DNA of 64,000 nt from NCBI GenBank assembly GCA_038087875.1, contig CM075995.1:9612001-9676000 (forward strand), given 5' to 3'. Shown in pieces: positions 39,888 to 52,756 of this stretch. A program made the translations under genes and the position numbers. A model generated the notes under the pieces. It was not told the origin of the DNA and made no database searches. It saw only the letters and a program-made list of their open reading frames with translations. Source of the DNA: Malacoraja senta. Its lineage: Eukaryota. Each line of letters opens with the position of its first letter. Position 1 is the first letter of the stretch.

Positions 39888-40373
39888 AGGGCCTGTCCCA
39901 CTTAAGCGATTTTTAGGCGACTGCTGTCAACTGTCATAGTCGTAGCAGGTTGCCGAAAAACCGGTGACTGGACTAATGGGCCTGTCCCACTCAGGCGATT
40001 CTTTAGGCAACTGCCAGCGAATACGACATTGAAATTCACCGGTCAGCACCGGCGACAACCTACCTCACGTGGCAACAACCTACGACATCCTGGCGGCAAC
40101 CTACGACATCCTGGCGACCACCTACGTTAACCTGGCGACACCCTACGACAGCACCCATGTCAAGCAACGCTCATTGGCGTCAAACCACGGTCGCCACTGT
40201 CGCCAAAAATCTTTCAACATGTTGAAACATTTTCAGTGACCAGAAAGATGCTACGACTCTTTGGGCGACTGAGAAGACTGCTCACGACCATATTAGTGAC
40301 ACCTCAGCAACCATGTGGCGACCCCCTAGTCTCCTGTAGTCACCTAAAAAATCACCTAAGTGGGACAGGCCCA
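39888..40373. mobile_element. PIF/Harbinger-type MITE (39977-40373, TAA TSD) with an extra left end (39888-39973), sitting in a GGGATTGATACAGGGC tandem repeat
   Basis: TIR TGGGCCTGTCCCACT / AGTGGGACAGGCCCA; internal ~21-bp CAACCTACGACATCCTGGCG repeats. Confidence 0.85.
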
Positions 40374-42039
40374 TAATGGATTGATACAGGGCTATGGGGA
40401 GAGAGCGGGGCAGTGGGATTAGTGGGATTAGTGAGGGATTGATACAGGGCTGTGAGGAGATAGCAGGGCTCAGGGGGGGGGGGGGAGAGCAGGGCTGTAA
40501 AGGGAAGGTCCTCCAAGAATAATATTTGAGCTACTGTTAGCATTTAACTGTAATGCTGTTCCAGCACAATAAGCGACGCCCCTGGCTACAGGCCTCTCAT
40601 TCAGTTCTCTGACCTTCGGGGCTAGAACTAGTGTGGTGGTCATGAAACTATCTGATGGAGGTAAACACCCATCTGGTTCATTCAAGTTGCTAAATTTGCA
40701 GACAACACAAAAATTGGCGGAGTTATATTGATCTAAGAAACAGAAATAAGCAGAGAAATGGCGGGGTGACAAATCTTGCACTCTTATTGAACAAGGGTGG
40801 CCTTCTCAGGGTGGCCTACTGACTGTTCCTAATTAGCACATTCTTTTCCAAATGCAAGTTAATTCTCTCTTGAACAATCCTCTCCAATAGTTTCTGTTGG
40901 TGCCCTATACGTGGCGACTCTTTACACGCTTTGTGCATTGTGTGCAAAACAAAGAATTTCACTAAGGTACGTGACATTATGTGTAGGAAAGATCTGCAGA
41001 TGCTGCTTTGAATCTTTTTTCTCCAGAGATGCTGCCTGACCCGCTGAGTTACTCCAGCACCTTGTGTCTACCTTTGGTGAAGAACAGTAGCCACTCTCCA
41101 GTCCTCTGGGACCTTGCCTGTGGCTAGAGGTTGCAAAGATCTTGCAAAGAGCTGCTGCCTCACAGCGCCAGAGACCCAGGTATGATCAGGTCATAGATTC
41201 ATGCAGCGTGGAAACAAGCCCTTCAGCCCAACTTGCCCACGCCAACTAATATATGCTCCATCTACATTAGTCCTACCTGCCCACACTCAACTACCTTCTC
41301 TGGCAGCTCATTCCATAAATCCACCACCCTTTGTGTAAGAAAGTTGCCCCTCAGTTTCCTATGAAATCTTTCCCCTCTCACGTGGAACCTATTGAATCCT
41401 CTACACTGGGGAGGGGCCTAATTTTGGTCTGTGTATTTACCATATCATCCCCCCATACCCCTCTGCCATAAATTCAAATTCCATCCCCCTCCGTCTCATC
41501 TTTACTGTGGACATCCAGTCCCATTCCACATCAGGAATGCATCAGAAACTGCTATTCTTTCATTGAACAGAAGCTTGGTCGGCATGACTGAGTTGGGCTG
41601 ACGGGCCTGTTTCCATGCTTTATGACTATGCCTGGAACTCTGCCTGTGTAGGCAAAAACCCTACGGTCGTTGCCTGAATGCCCTGGTGCTGTGCCTCACA
41701 CCAGAGTAACTCAAAGAAATGAAAGCTGGATAATCTCGTCCTTTCGGCTCGCGAAGGTTTGGGCGGGATTGATCGAGCATTCACAATTGAGAGGAGTTTT
41801 GACAGAGTAATGATAACACAGTTTATTAACAGAATTAGTAACATGGAAATTGGGCCACTGGTCCATGATGGGAAATCAAGAATCAGACTTTACTTAGACT
41901 TAGTTCCTCGCACACTGCTAAATGCATTGGGCAGCAAGCTTTCGCCATTCTGTTCGGTCATGTGCGACGTCTTCCACCCTCAATAGGTTAACGTCCCGGA
42001 CTATCAGAGGATACAGATTTAAGGTGAGAGGGGAAATCG

Positions 42040-42530
42040 AGTCATACAGTATGGAAATAGGTCCTTTGGCCTAACTTGCCGACATGTCCCAGCTACACTA
42101 GTCCCACCTGCCCGTGTTTGATCTATATCCCTCTAAACCCTTTCCTATCCATGTACCTGTCTAACTGTTCTTTAAATATTGGGATAGTCCCTGCCACATC
42201 TACCTCCTCTGGCACCTTGTTCTATACACCCCCACTAATTTCCTCTTCACCTTAAACCTATGCCCTCTGGTTCTCGATTCACCTACTCTGGGCAAGAGAC
42301 TGTGCATCTACCCAATTTATTCCTCTCATGATTTATACACCTCTATAAGATCACCCCTCATCCTCCTACGCTCCAAGGAATAGAGTCTCAGCCTACTCAA
42401 CCTCTCGCTATCTCAGAACCTCTAGTCCTGGCAACATAGAGTCATAGAGTCATAGAGTGAGACAGTCTAGAAACAGGCCCTTCGGCCCAACTTGCCCACA
42501 CCGGCCAACAATGTCCCAGCTGCAATACTC
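42040..42530 (-). mobile_element. CR1 3' fragments
   Basis: Reverse-strand CR1 C-terminus and (CTATGACT)n tails. Confidence 0.75.
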
Positions 42531-42539
42531 CCACCTGAC

Positions 42540-43491
42540 TGCGCTCAACACCAGCAAAACCAAGGAACTGATTGTGGACTTTGGAAGGGGTATGATGGGA
42601 ACCCACAGTCCCGTTTATATCAATGGGTCGATGGTAGAGAGGGTCAAGAGCTTCAAATTCCTGGGCGTGCATATTTCTGAAGATCTCTCCTGGTCCGAGA
42701 ACACTGATGCAATTATAAAGAAAGCACATCAGCGCCTCTACTTTGTGAGAAGATTACGGAGAGTCGGTATGTCAAGGAGGACTTTCTCTAACTTCTGGAG
42801 AAACTCAGCGGGTGAGGCAGCATCTATGGAATGAAGGAAATAGGCAACGTTTCAGGCCTAAACCCTTCTTCAGTTTCGGCTTGAAACGTTGCCTATTTCC
42901 TTCGCTCCATAGATACTGCCACACCCGCTGAGTTTCTCCAGCACTTTTGTCTACCTTTGATTTTCCAGCATCTGCAGTTTTTTCTTAAACACTCTCTCTA
43001 ACTTCTACAGGTGCACAGTAGAGAGCATGCTGACCGGTTGCATCGTGGCTTGGTTCGGCAACTTGAGCGCCCAGGAGCGGAAAAGACTACAAAAAGTAGT
43101 AAACACTGCCCAGTCCATCATCGGCTCTGACCTCCCTTCCATCGAGGAGATCTATTGCAGTCGCTGCCTTAAAAAGGCTGGCAGGTAGAATGTACAGGAG
43201 CCTGAAGACTGCAACGTCCAGGTTCAGAAATAGCTACTTCCCCACAGCCATCAGGCTATTAAACTCAAATGAAACAAAACTCTGAACATTAATAGACCAT
43301 TATCTGTTTATTTGCACCTTACCTGTTTATTTATTCATGTGTGTATATATTTATATAATGGTATATGGACACACTGATCTGTTCTGTATTCATGCCTACT
43401 ATATTCTGTTGTGCTGAAGCAAAGTAAGAATTTCATTGTCCTATCTGGGACACATGACAATAAACTCTCTTGAATCTTGAATCTTGAATCT
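42540..43491 (+). mobile_element. Rex1/Babar LINE 3' portion with an inserted Penelope-type end
   Basis: LNTSKTKELIVDF, FKFLGVHISEDLSW, KKAHQRLYF; (TCTTGAA)n tail. Confidence 0.88.
42797..42994. mobile_element. Fold-back Penelope-type terminal element
   Basis: 42797-42855 is inverted at 42880-42946; 12-bp TSD TCTCTAACTTCT at 42785-42796 and 42995-43006. Confidence 0.75.
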
Positions 43492-44850
43492 TGGTCCATA
43501 TCCCTCCAAACCTGTCCTATCCATGTACCTGTCTAACTGTTTCTTAAACGATAGCCTCAATTACCTCCTCTGGCAGCTGTTCCATACACCCACCACCCTT
43601 TGTGTGAAAAGGTTACCCCTCAGAATACTAAATTGTTTTCCCTTCACCATGAACCTATGTCCTCCGGTCCTTGATTCCCCTACTCTGGGCAAGAGACTCT
43701 GTGCATCTACCCGATCAATTCCTCTCATGATTTTGTATACAACATCCTCGGAAATCCTCTCTGTACCCTTTCCTTTGGGGGTATTGACATGGATAGAGAA
43801 CTGGTTGGCAGACAGGAAGCAAAGAGTAGGAATTAACAGGTTGTGGCGCCACCTGGTGGTTAGGCCACTTACTGTGCGAACCCTCAGCATATTTTGCTTG
43901 GGCAGCTTACAACCCAGTGGTATGATTGTGAATTCTCTAACTTCAAGTAACCCCTGCACTCCCTTTCTCTCTCCATCCCACCCCCACCCAAGTCGCACCA
44001 GGTTCTCGTTCTCACCTAGCAAACAGCTAACAATGGCCTGTTTCCTTTTTCATCATTACTTTTTTGCATAACTTTCATTCATTTGTTTTATATCTCTCTA
44101 TATCACTGTCTCTATCTCTCGTTTCCCTTTATCCTGCCTAGTTTGAAGGGTGTCGACCTCAAACATCACGCATTCCTTCTTTCCAGAGATGCTGCCAGTC
44201 CCGCTAAGTTACTATCTTCAGTGTGAATATTTCTAATTTCAAGTAACCCTTGCGCTCCCTCTCTCTCCATCCCTCTCTCACCCTAGTCGTCCTGCTAGTT
44301 TCACTGTATTAGGGAATAATTTTATCCCTTTGTTATCACGTCCTCCACTGCTAACAATGGATCATTGTGGGCTCCTTGGCCATGAGTGCAGGCTTTGATT
44401 TGTCATGTACCTTAAGACACTAATGGGAGTTATCTGCAGGCCCCCAAAACAGTAGCCTGGATATAGGGTGCAAGTTGCAGCAGGAGTTAAAATTGGCATG
44501 TAGCAAAGGTAATGCCACTGTGCTTATGGGAGATTTCAATATGCAGGTAGACTGGGAAAATCAGGTTGGTTCTGGACCCCAAGAAAGGGAGTTTGTAGAG
44601 TACCTCCAAGATGGATTCCTAGAGCAGCTTGTACTGGAGCCTACCAGAGAGAAGGCAATTCTGGATTTAGTGTTGTCTGATAGAAAACATAGAAACATAG
44701 AAAATAGGTGCGTGAGGAGGCCATTTGGCCCTTCGAGCCTACACCGCCATTCATTGTGATCATGGCTGATCATCCACAATCAGTAACCCGTGCCTGCCTT
44801 CTCCACATATCCCTTGATTCCGCAAGCCCCTAGATCTCTATCTAACTCTC
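43492..44850. mobile_element. Mixed CR1 fragments and Penelope-like 3' ends (43885-44410 plus)
   Basis: IFCLGSLQPSGM; CR1 endonuclease MGDFN..ILDLV at 44410-44680; CR1 tail on minus at 44680-44850. Confidence 0.7.
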
Positions 44851-45197
44851 TATAATGGCAGTCTTTACGATGTTCCCAAAGTTCAACTTTGATAGCCATT
44901 AATCCTCAGTGGATGTGATGGAGATATAGTTTACACACTCACGACACACTTAGGATAGCAAAAACGAATTTTCCAAATGCTGTTTCTTGATTAATTGATC
45001 TTTTATTGAAGTAGTACATAACAAAGAAATAACATAACTTTCCGTTCTTAATCACTGTTCCATTCGTGTCATATAAATCATATGAGAGCTTCTTCTTATA
45101 AAAGTATGTCGTCTCGTGAACGTATGTGTGTCGTGGTCATTGTAAAAAAACTGTTTCTCACCATCCTCCAAGACTAAACTGAACTCCCAATCTGCGA

Positions 45198-45290
45198 GTA
45201 GACAAAAATGCTGGAGAAACTCAGCGGGTGAGGCAGCATCTATGGAGCAAAGGAATAGGTGACGTTTCGGGTCGAGACCCTTCTTCACAG
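45198..45290 (-). mobile_element. Short Penelope-type terminal fragment with a hammerhead-like core
   Basis: Reverse complement reads GTGAAGAAGGGTCTCGACCCGAAACGTCAC; imperfect flanking duplication TCCCAATCT..GAGT. Confidence 0.65.
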
Positions 45291-46154
45291 ATTCCCAATC
45301 TATGAGTCTCTGCTAGTCTCCTATCGAAATAGACACACCCCTTCTACATATCAAATCCCATCTATAAAAGTACGGACAGATAAAAATACTAAAAATATAC
45401 TGACTTAAGCTTAATGGCTCCTACACTCTCTTTTAAATTCATCCGGTGAATTGGTCTCTACTACCTTCTATGGTCATGTCAAGTCAAGTCAAGTCAAGAG
45501 AGTTTATTGTCATGTGTCCCAGATAGGACAATTAAATTCTTGCAGGGTATTTATCAAATTCCCAACTCTGTGGGTGAAAACGTTTTTTCTCATCAGTTTA
45601 AAATGGCCTCCCCTTCATTCTTGAATATGATGTATCATTTGATTTGCAATAGAATCCTTCCAATGTCACCATACAGTACCTTTTCGAAGGTGCTTTGACC
45701 AGGAATCTGCACAAACGTCAATAATTGACAGGGGATGCTGAGCTTACAGTTAGCTATCACGTTAATATGCCATTCCATTCCTACTATGACCTGTTGGACT
45801 TTGAGAGATAGCTGGTCACAAGTGGCAGTGCCAGTTGAGAGGAGGTGGTGCAAGAGCAGAAAGCTTGGGATAGTTAATCAGTCATGAATTTGTTGACTGA
45901 GGGACAGAAACAGAAATGCTGAAAGAATTCGGCAGCTGAGCACCATCTGTAGCAAGAGAAACCAGTTAACATTTCAATTCAACAATCTTTCCTCAGAACC
46001 AGCATGAGGGAGGGGGTTATAGATTTTCAAAGTGGATATGGAGTGAGGATTATGGTGTAACAGAGGGTAAACAGAGATTGTTTAAAGCCGATCAGTTGAT
46101 AAGGAAGTGGAGCTATCGATAACCAAGAATACAGCAGGACATGGGATCAGTGGG

Positions 46155-46455
46155 AAGTAGTGGAGCCACTGCTTCACAGCGCCAGAGATCCGGGTTCATT
46201 CCAGACCTTGGTGCTGTCTATGTGGAGTTTGTACGTTCTCCCTGTCACCGTGTTTCCTCTGCATGCTAGAGATTCCTCCCACATTCCAGACATGCGGGTT
46301 TGCAGGTTAATTTTCCTCTGTAAATTGCCCCCTGGTGTATAGAGAGTGGATGTGAAAGTGGGATAATATAGAACTAATGTGAATGGGTGACCGATGGTTG
46401 GCGTGGACCCAGAGGGCCAAAGAGCCTGTTTCCATGCTGTATCTCCAAACTAAGC
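46155..46455 (+). mobile_element. tRNA-derived V-SINE (HE1-like) with a CR1-type 3' tail
   Basis: B-box-like GGGTTCATTCC; V-domain TGTGGAGTTTGTACGTTCTCCCTGT; tail GGGCCAAAGAGCCTGTTTCCATGCTGTATCT. Confidence 0.8.
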
Positions 46456-46619
46456 CAAAGATTAATTTTGTGTAGGAAGGAACCGCAGATGCTGATTTAA
46501 GTCGAAGATAGACACAAACTGCTGTTGTAACTCAGCGGGCAGGCAGCATCTCTGGAGAAGGGTCTTGACCCAAAATATCAGCCATTCCCCTCCAGAGATG
46601 CGGCCTGTCCCATTGGCCC

Positions 46620-47195
46620 TTCTCCCCACAATGACTGTCCTCCATGTCCTTCCCTTTGGTGAACCTCGTATATCCTCTGTCTCCCTCCTTTATCCCTGAG
46701 GGCTCCTACCTTCTCACTGCCGACCCTCTTCTTTTTAATGTACGGATAAAAAGCTTTGGGACTTTATTTAATCCGACTCTCCGGAGCCATTTCATGGACC
46801 CTTTTGGCCCTTCTACATGTTCCCTCCTTGGGTTGGACCATCCACATACTGTTTCACAAAACCCTCTTGAATACACCTCAATTATTCTGCCCATCTAAGT
46901 CTCTGGTAATGAGCAAGCCCCAGTCAATATTGGGGAAAGTTTAAAAGTCACCCACAAAGACAACCCTGTTACTTTGGCATCTTTCAGTAATCTGTCTACA
47001 TATCTATTCCTCCATCTCCCACTTGTCATGGGAAGGGGGGGGGGTGGGGGCTGTAGTACAATCTCATTAGAGTGCTTGCACCTTTCTTAATTCTAAACTC
47101 CACCCATACCGCATCAGTAGATGAACCCTCGGAGTGCCGCCGTGATAGTCTCCATGATCAGTCGCACAACTCCTCCACCTCCTAATCCCCCTCTC
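46620..47195 (-). mobile_element. Degenerate CR1 endonuclease/linker fragment
   Basis: Remnant resembling VGDFxFPNIDW at ~46925-46955 on minus; approximate boundaries. Confidence 0.5.
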
Positions 47196-47865
47196 GATCA
47201 CGTCTGACACATTGTGCTGACATTGAGCTGTCCCTCCCGTCGCAATGTTTCCTCAATGGTCCTTGCGATGGGCCTCACTTTCTGATGCTGCAGCTGCAAC
47301 TCTGCTATCCCAAGATCGCAGGAGATGCAACTCTGGCAACTTGTCAGATCTGCATCCATTCGTTGTCCTGCATCACCAGACCACTGAGGGTGGTAGAGGG
47401 TGGGAGGGACAAGGGGCAAGGAGAGGCCTGGGAATAGATCAGAGGCAACAGTCAGAGACTCAAAGAGCCAAGAGAGGACAGGAAAGTGGGGAAAACTAAG
47501 AGGAGGCTGAGAGAGGGGAAAACTGTGAATGAAGGGAGTTTGAGATGAATGGGAGAGAGCGATATGGGGGGGTATGGTGGAGCTGGAAGGAGTGAGAGGA
47601 AAGGAGGAAGAGAGAGATATGAGAGAGAGGGGTGGAGCTGGAGGGAGTGAGAGTGAGCCAGTCGGGAAGAGAAGAATTGTGAGATGGAGCGGGGTTGGTG
47701 GGACAGAATGGTGACATTCCCCGAGACAATGTGATGATTTTGGAAGGGAGTGTGACGGGAATTTCATGTTAAAGGAGCAGAATTAGGCCATTCAGCCCAT
47801 CATGTCTACTCAGCCATTCGATCATAGCTGATCTAACTCTCCCTCTCAACCCCATTCTCTTGTCT

Positions 47866-50136
47866 TAGAAACATAGAAACATAGAAACATAGAGAAAAGG
47901 TGCAGGAGGAGGCCATTCCGCCCTTCGAGCCAGGACCGCCATTCATTGTGATCATGGCTGATCGTCCCCTATCAATAACCCGTGCCTGCCTTCTCCCCAT
48001 ATCCCTTGACTCCACTAGCCCCTAGAGCTCTATCTAACGCTCTCATAAATCCATCCAGTGACTTGGCCTCCACTGCCCTCTGTGGCAGGGAATTCCATAA
48101 ATTCACAACGCTCTGGGTGAAAAGTTTTTTTCTCACCTCAGTCTTAAAGGACCTCCCCTTTATTCTAAGACTGTGGCCCCTGGTTCTGGACTCGCCCAAC
48201 ATTGGGAACATTTTTCCTGCATCTAGCTTGTCCAGTCCTTTTATAATTTTATATGTTTCTATAAGATCTCTCCTCATCCTTCTAAACTCCAGTGAATACA
48301 AGCCTAGTCTTTTCAATCTTTCCTCATATAACAGTCCCGCCATCCCAGGGATCAATCTAGTGAACCTACGCTGCACTGCCTAAATCACAAGGATGTCCTT
48401 CCTCAAATTAGGAGACTAGAACTGTACACAATACTCCAGATGTGGTCTCACCAGAACCCTATACAACTGCAGAAGAACCTATACTGAAATCCTCTTGTTA
48501 TGAAGGCCAACATTCCATTAGCTTTCTTCACTGCCTGCTGTACCTGTAAGCCAACTTTCAGTGACCGGTGTACAAGGACACCCAGGTCTCGCTGCACCTC
48601 CCCCTTACCTAACCTAACCCCATTGAGATAATAATCTGCCCCCTTGTTTTTGCCACCAAAGTGCATAACCTCACATTTATCTATATTATACTGCATCTGC
48701 CACGCATCTGCCCACTCACTCAACCTGTCCAGGTCACCCTGCAACCTCCTAACATCCTCTTCACAGTTCACACTGCCACCCAGCTTTGTGTCATCCGCAA
48801 ACTTGCTAGTGTTGCTCCTAATTCCCTCTTCCAAATCATTAATATATATGGTAAACAGTTGCGGCCCCAACACCACTCCACTCGCCACTGCCTGCCATTC
48901 GGAAAAGGACCCGTTCACTCCTACTCTTTGCTTCTGATCTGCCAACCAATTTTCTATCCATGTCAACACCCTACCCCCAATACCATGTGCTCTAATTTTA
49001 GTCACCAGTCTCCCGTGCGGGACCTTATCAAAGGCTTTCTGAAAGTCTAGATGCACTACATCCACTGGCACCCCTTCATCCATTTTACTAGTCACATCCG
49101 CAAAAAATTCCAGAAGATTAGTCAAGCATGATTTCCCTTTCATAATTCCATGTTGAGTTGGACTAATCCTTTTACTGCTATCCAAATGCCCCATTATTAC
49201 CTCTTTAATAATTGACTCCAGCATCTTTCCCACCACCGAAGTCAGGCTAACTGGTCTGAAATTCCCCGTTTTTTCTCTCGCTCCTTTCTTGAAAATTGGG
49301 ATAACATTAGCTATCCTCCAATCCACAGGAACTGATCCTGAATCTATTGAACATTGGAAAATGATCAATAAATGCGTCCACTATTTCCAGAGCCACTTCC
49401 CTGAGGACCCTGGGATGCAGACCATCAGGCCCAGGGGATTTATCATCCTTCAGTCCCATTGAACTACCCAATACTATTTCTCACCTAATGAAAATTTCTT
49501 TCAGTTCTTTCAATAATTTCACCCGTTTCTGCCTTCAAGGGACCCACATTTGACTTTGCTACTCTTTTTCCCTTAACATATCTAAAGAAGCTTTTACTGT
49601 CCTTCTTTACATTCCTGGCCAGCTTCCCTTCGTGCTTCATCTTTTCAGCCCATATGCCCGTTTTGTTTCATTCTGTTGTCCTATGAAAGTTTCCCAATCC
49701 TCTGGCTTCCGGCTACTCTTTGCTGTGTTGTACATCTTTTCTTTTAGTTTTATTCTATCCCTAACTTCTCTTGTCAGCCACGGTTGCCTCCAACTCCCCT
49801 TAGAATCTTTCTTCCTTTTTGGAATAAAATGATCCTGCGTCTACCGGATTATGCCCAGAAATTCCTACCATTGCTGTTCCACCGTCATTCATGCTCGGAT
49901 CCCTTTCCAGTCTACCTTGGCCAGCTCCCCTCTCATGCCTTCATAGTCCCCTTTGTTCAACTGCATCACTGACATTTCCAATTTAACCTTCTCCTTCTCA
50001 AATTGCAGATTAAAACTAATGATATTATGATCACTACCTCCAAGCGGTTCCTTTACCTCAAGTTCTCTTATCATATCTGGTTCATTGGACAACACTAAAT
50101 CCAGGATTGCCTTCTCTCTGGTCGGCTCCATTACAA
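47866..50136 (-). mobile_element. 2.3-kb 5'-truncated CR1 LINE with few lesions, inserted in an older CR1 3'UTR
   Basis: ORFs 49889-50161, 48448-49368 (LDFQKAFDKVPH, FADD) and 47972-48376; (TTTCTATG)n tail; GTCTT on both sides. Confidence 0.93.
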
Positions 50137-50199
50137 GTCTTCTCCCCATAACCCCTGACACGCTTACATACTAATCACGAATCTGTCAAACTGCCCCAA

Positions 50200-50825
50200 C
50201 TGTCCTTTCAGGTGAGGCAGAGGTTCACTTGCACCTCCTCCAACCTCATCTACTGTATCCATTGTTCCAGATGTGGACTCTTATACATCGGCGAGACCAA
50301 ACGCCGGCTCGGTGGCCATTTCGCTAAACACCTCCGCTCACCTTGACCTACACAATCGATTGCTAAACACTTTAACTCTCCCTCCCATTCCCACACTGAC
50401 CTTTCTGTCCTGTGCCTCCTCCATTGTCAGAGTGAGGCCCAATGCAAACTGGAGGAACAGCATCTTATATTTCGCTCTCTCTCCGTCGATCCCCCACCCC
50501 TGTTGTTGTTCTAGTTTCACTGTCGTCCTGTTGAGTTTCACTGTATGTATAACTTGTTATCACCTACCCCACAGCCAACAATGCATCATTGTGGGATTCA
50601 CCTTTTGTTGATCATCGTTGCTTTTTGCATATCTTTCATTAATTTGCACTATATTCAGTACCTCCTACATCTCACGTATCCCTGTCCCCGACTCTCAGTC
50701 TGAAGAAGGGTCTCGACCGAAACGTCACCTACTACTTATCTCCAGAGATGCTGCCTGACCCGCTGAGTTACTCGTTTTTGTGTCTATCTCGGTGGAAACC
50801 AGCACCTGCAGTTCCTCCCTACACC
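50200..50825 (+). mobile_element. Penelope-like 3' part (GIY-YIG remnant and pLTR-like end)
   Basis: FQVRQRFTCTSSNLIYCIHCSRCGLLYIGETKRRLG; hammerhead core at 50700. Confidence 0.85.
50696..50730 (+). ncRNA. Minimal hammerhead ribozyme core (Penelope type)
   Basis: CTGAAGA (50700-50706), stem II GGTC-TC-GACC, GAAA (50719-50722), palindromic ACGT, GTC cleavage triplet. Confidence 0.6.
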
Positions 50826-51410
50826 TTAAAAATACTCAATGACTTGGCCTCCACCGCCGTCTGTGACAATGAATTCAGACGGATAAGGGGGGATCTCATC
50901 GAAACTTACCGAATAGTGAAAGGCCTGGATAGAGTGGATGCAGAGACGTTCTTTCCACTAGTGGGAGAGTCTAGGACACGGCTTCAGAATAAAAGGATGT
51001 TACTTTAGAAAGGAGTTGAGGAGGAATTTCTTTAGTCAGAGAGCAATGTATCTGTGGATTTCTGAATCCTCTCCCCGTTTAGAAAGTAGTTTACGCCTTT
51101 ATTCCTACTACCAAAATGCATGATTCCACACTTTGTTACACTATATTCCATCTGCCACTTCTCTGCCCACTCCTCCAACCTGTCCAAGTCCTTCTGCAGA
51201 GTTCCTGCTTTCTCTACACTACCTGCTCCTCCACCTATTTTCGTATCATCTGCATACATGGCCACAAATTCTTGAATCCCCTCATCAAATCATTTATATA
51301 CAATGTGAAGAATAACGGCCCCAGCACCGACCCCTGCAGAGCTCCGCCAGTCACTGGCAGCCAACCAGAAAAAGCCCCCTTTATTGTCTCTCTTTGCCTT
51401 CTGCCATGGA
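50826..51410. mobile_element. CR1 fragments in both orientations
   Basis: RRIRGDLIETY on plus; QGSVLGPLFF and YADDTKIGG on minus. Confidence 0.8.
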
Positions 51411-51484
51411 CGTGAAGGCGGAAGGATGCAACAAACGAGGAGCAAGGTGGTGGTAGCCTCCAGGAGAGCATGGAAGACAGGGGC

Positions 51485-52756
51485 CAGGAGAGGGGGAGAG
51501 AGAGCGGGAGAGAGGGGGGTGAGAGGGGGGAGAGAGGGGGGAGAGAGGGGGGGACAGAGAGGGAGGGAGAGGGAGAGGAGGAGAGGGGGGACAGTGAGAG
51601 AGAGGGAGAGAGGGGGGAGAGAGAGGGGGAGAGGGGAAGAGGGGAAGAGGGGAAGAGGGGAAGAGGGGAAGAGGGGAAGAGGGGAAGAGGGGAAGAGGGG
51701 AAGAGGGGAAGAGGGGAAGAGGGGAAGAGGGGAAGAGGGGAAGAGGGGAAGAGGGAAGAGGGGGAGAGGGGGAGAGGGGGAGAGGGGGAGAGGGGGAGAG
51801 GGAGAGGAGAGAGAAGGGAGGGAGAGAGGAGGGAGAGAGAAGGGAGGGGGAGAGGGAAAAGAGGGAAAAGAGGGGAAAAAGAGGGAAAAGAGGGTGAGAG
51901 GGGGAGAGGGGAAAAAGAGGGAAAAGAGGGGGAGAGGGGGAGAGGGGGAGAGGGGGAGAGGGGGAGAGGGGGAGAGGGGGAGAGGGGGAGAGGGGGAGAG
52001 GGGGAGAGGGGGAGAGGGGGAGAGGGGGAGAGGGGGAGAGGGGGAGAGGGAAAAGAGGGAAAAGAGGGGAAAAAGAGGGAAAAGAGGGGGAGAGGGGGAG
52101 AGGGAAAAGAGGGAAAAGAGGGGAAAAAGAGGGAAAAGAGGGGGAGAGGGGGAGAGGGGAAAAAGAGGGAAAAGAGGGGGAGAGGGGGAGAGGGAAAAAG
52201 AGGGAAAAGAGGGGGAGAGGGGGAGAGGGGAAAAAGAGGGGAAAAGAGGGGGAGAGGGGGAGAGGGGAAAAAGAGGGGGAGAGGGGAAAAAGGGGAGAGG
52301 GGAGGGAGAGGGGAGGGAGAGGGGAAAAAGGGGAGAGGGGAGGGAGAGGGGAGGGAGAGGGGGAGAGGGGGAGAGGGGGAGAGGGGGAGAGGGGGAGAGG
52401 GGGAGAGGGGAGAGGGGGAGAGGGGGAGAGGGGGAGAGGGGGAGAGGGGGAGAGGGGGAGAGGGGGAGAGGGGGAGAGGGGGAGAGGGGGAGAGGGGGAG
52501 AGGGGGAGAGGGGGAGAGGGGGAGAGGGGGAGAGGGGGAGAGGGGGAGAGGGGGAAGGGGGAGAGGGGGGAGAGGGGGAGAGGGGGAGAGGGGGAGAGGG
52601 GGAGAGGGGAGGAGGGGGAGAGGGGGAGAGGGGGAGAGGGGAGAGGGGGAGAGGGGGAGAGGAGGGAGAGGAGGGAGAGGGAGAGGGCGAGGGAGAGGGC
52701 GAGGGAGAGGGAGAGGGAGAGGGAGAGGGAGAGGGAGAGGGAGAGGGAGAGAGAGA
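51485..52756. repeat. ~1.27-kb homopurine tract of 6-, 8- and 9-bp units
   Basis: (GGGGAAGA)n, (GGGGGAGA)n, (GAGGGAAAA)n and (GAGGGA)n blocks. Confidence 0.97.

Noticed and set aside
44850..45480. Possible LTR/ERV fragment on the minus strand
   Set aside because: Only a polyadenylation-like signal; no TG..CA boundaries, partner LTR or TSD identified.
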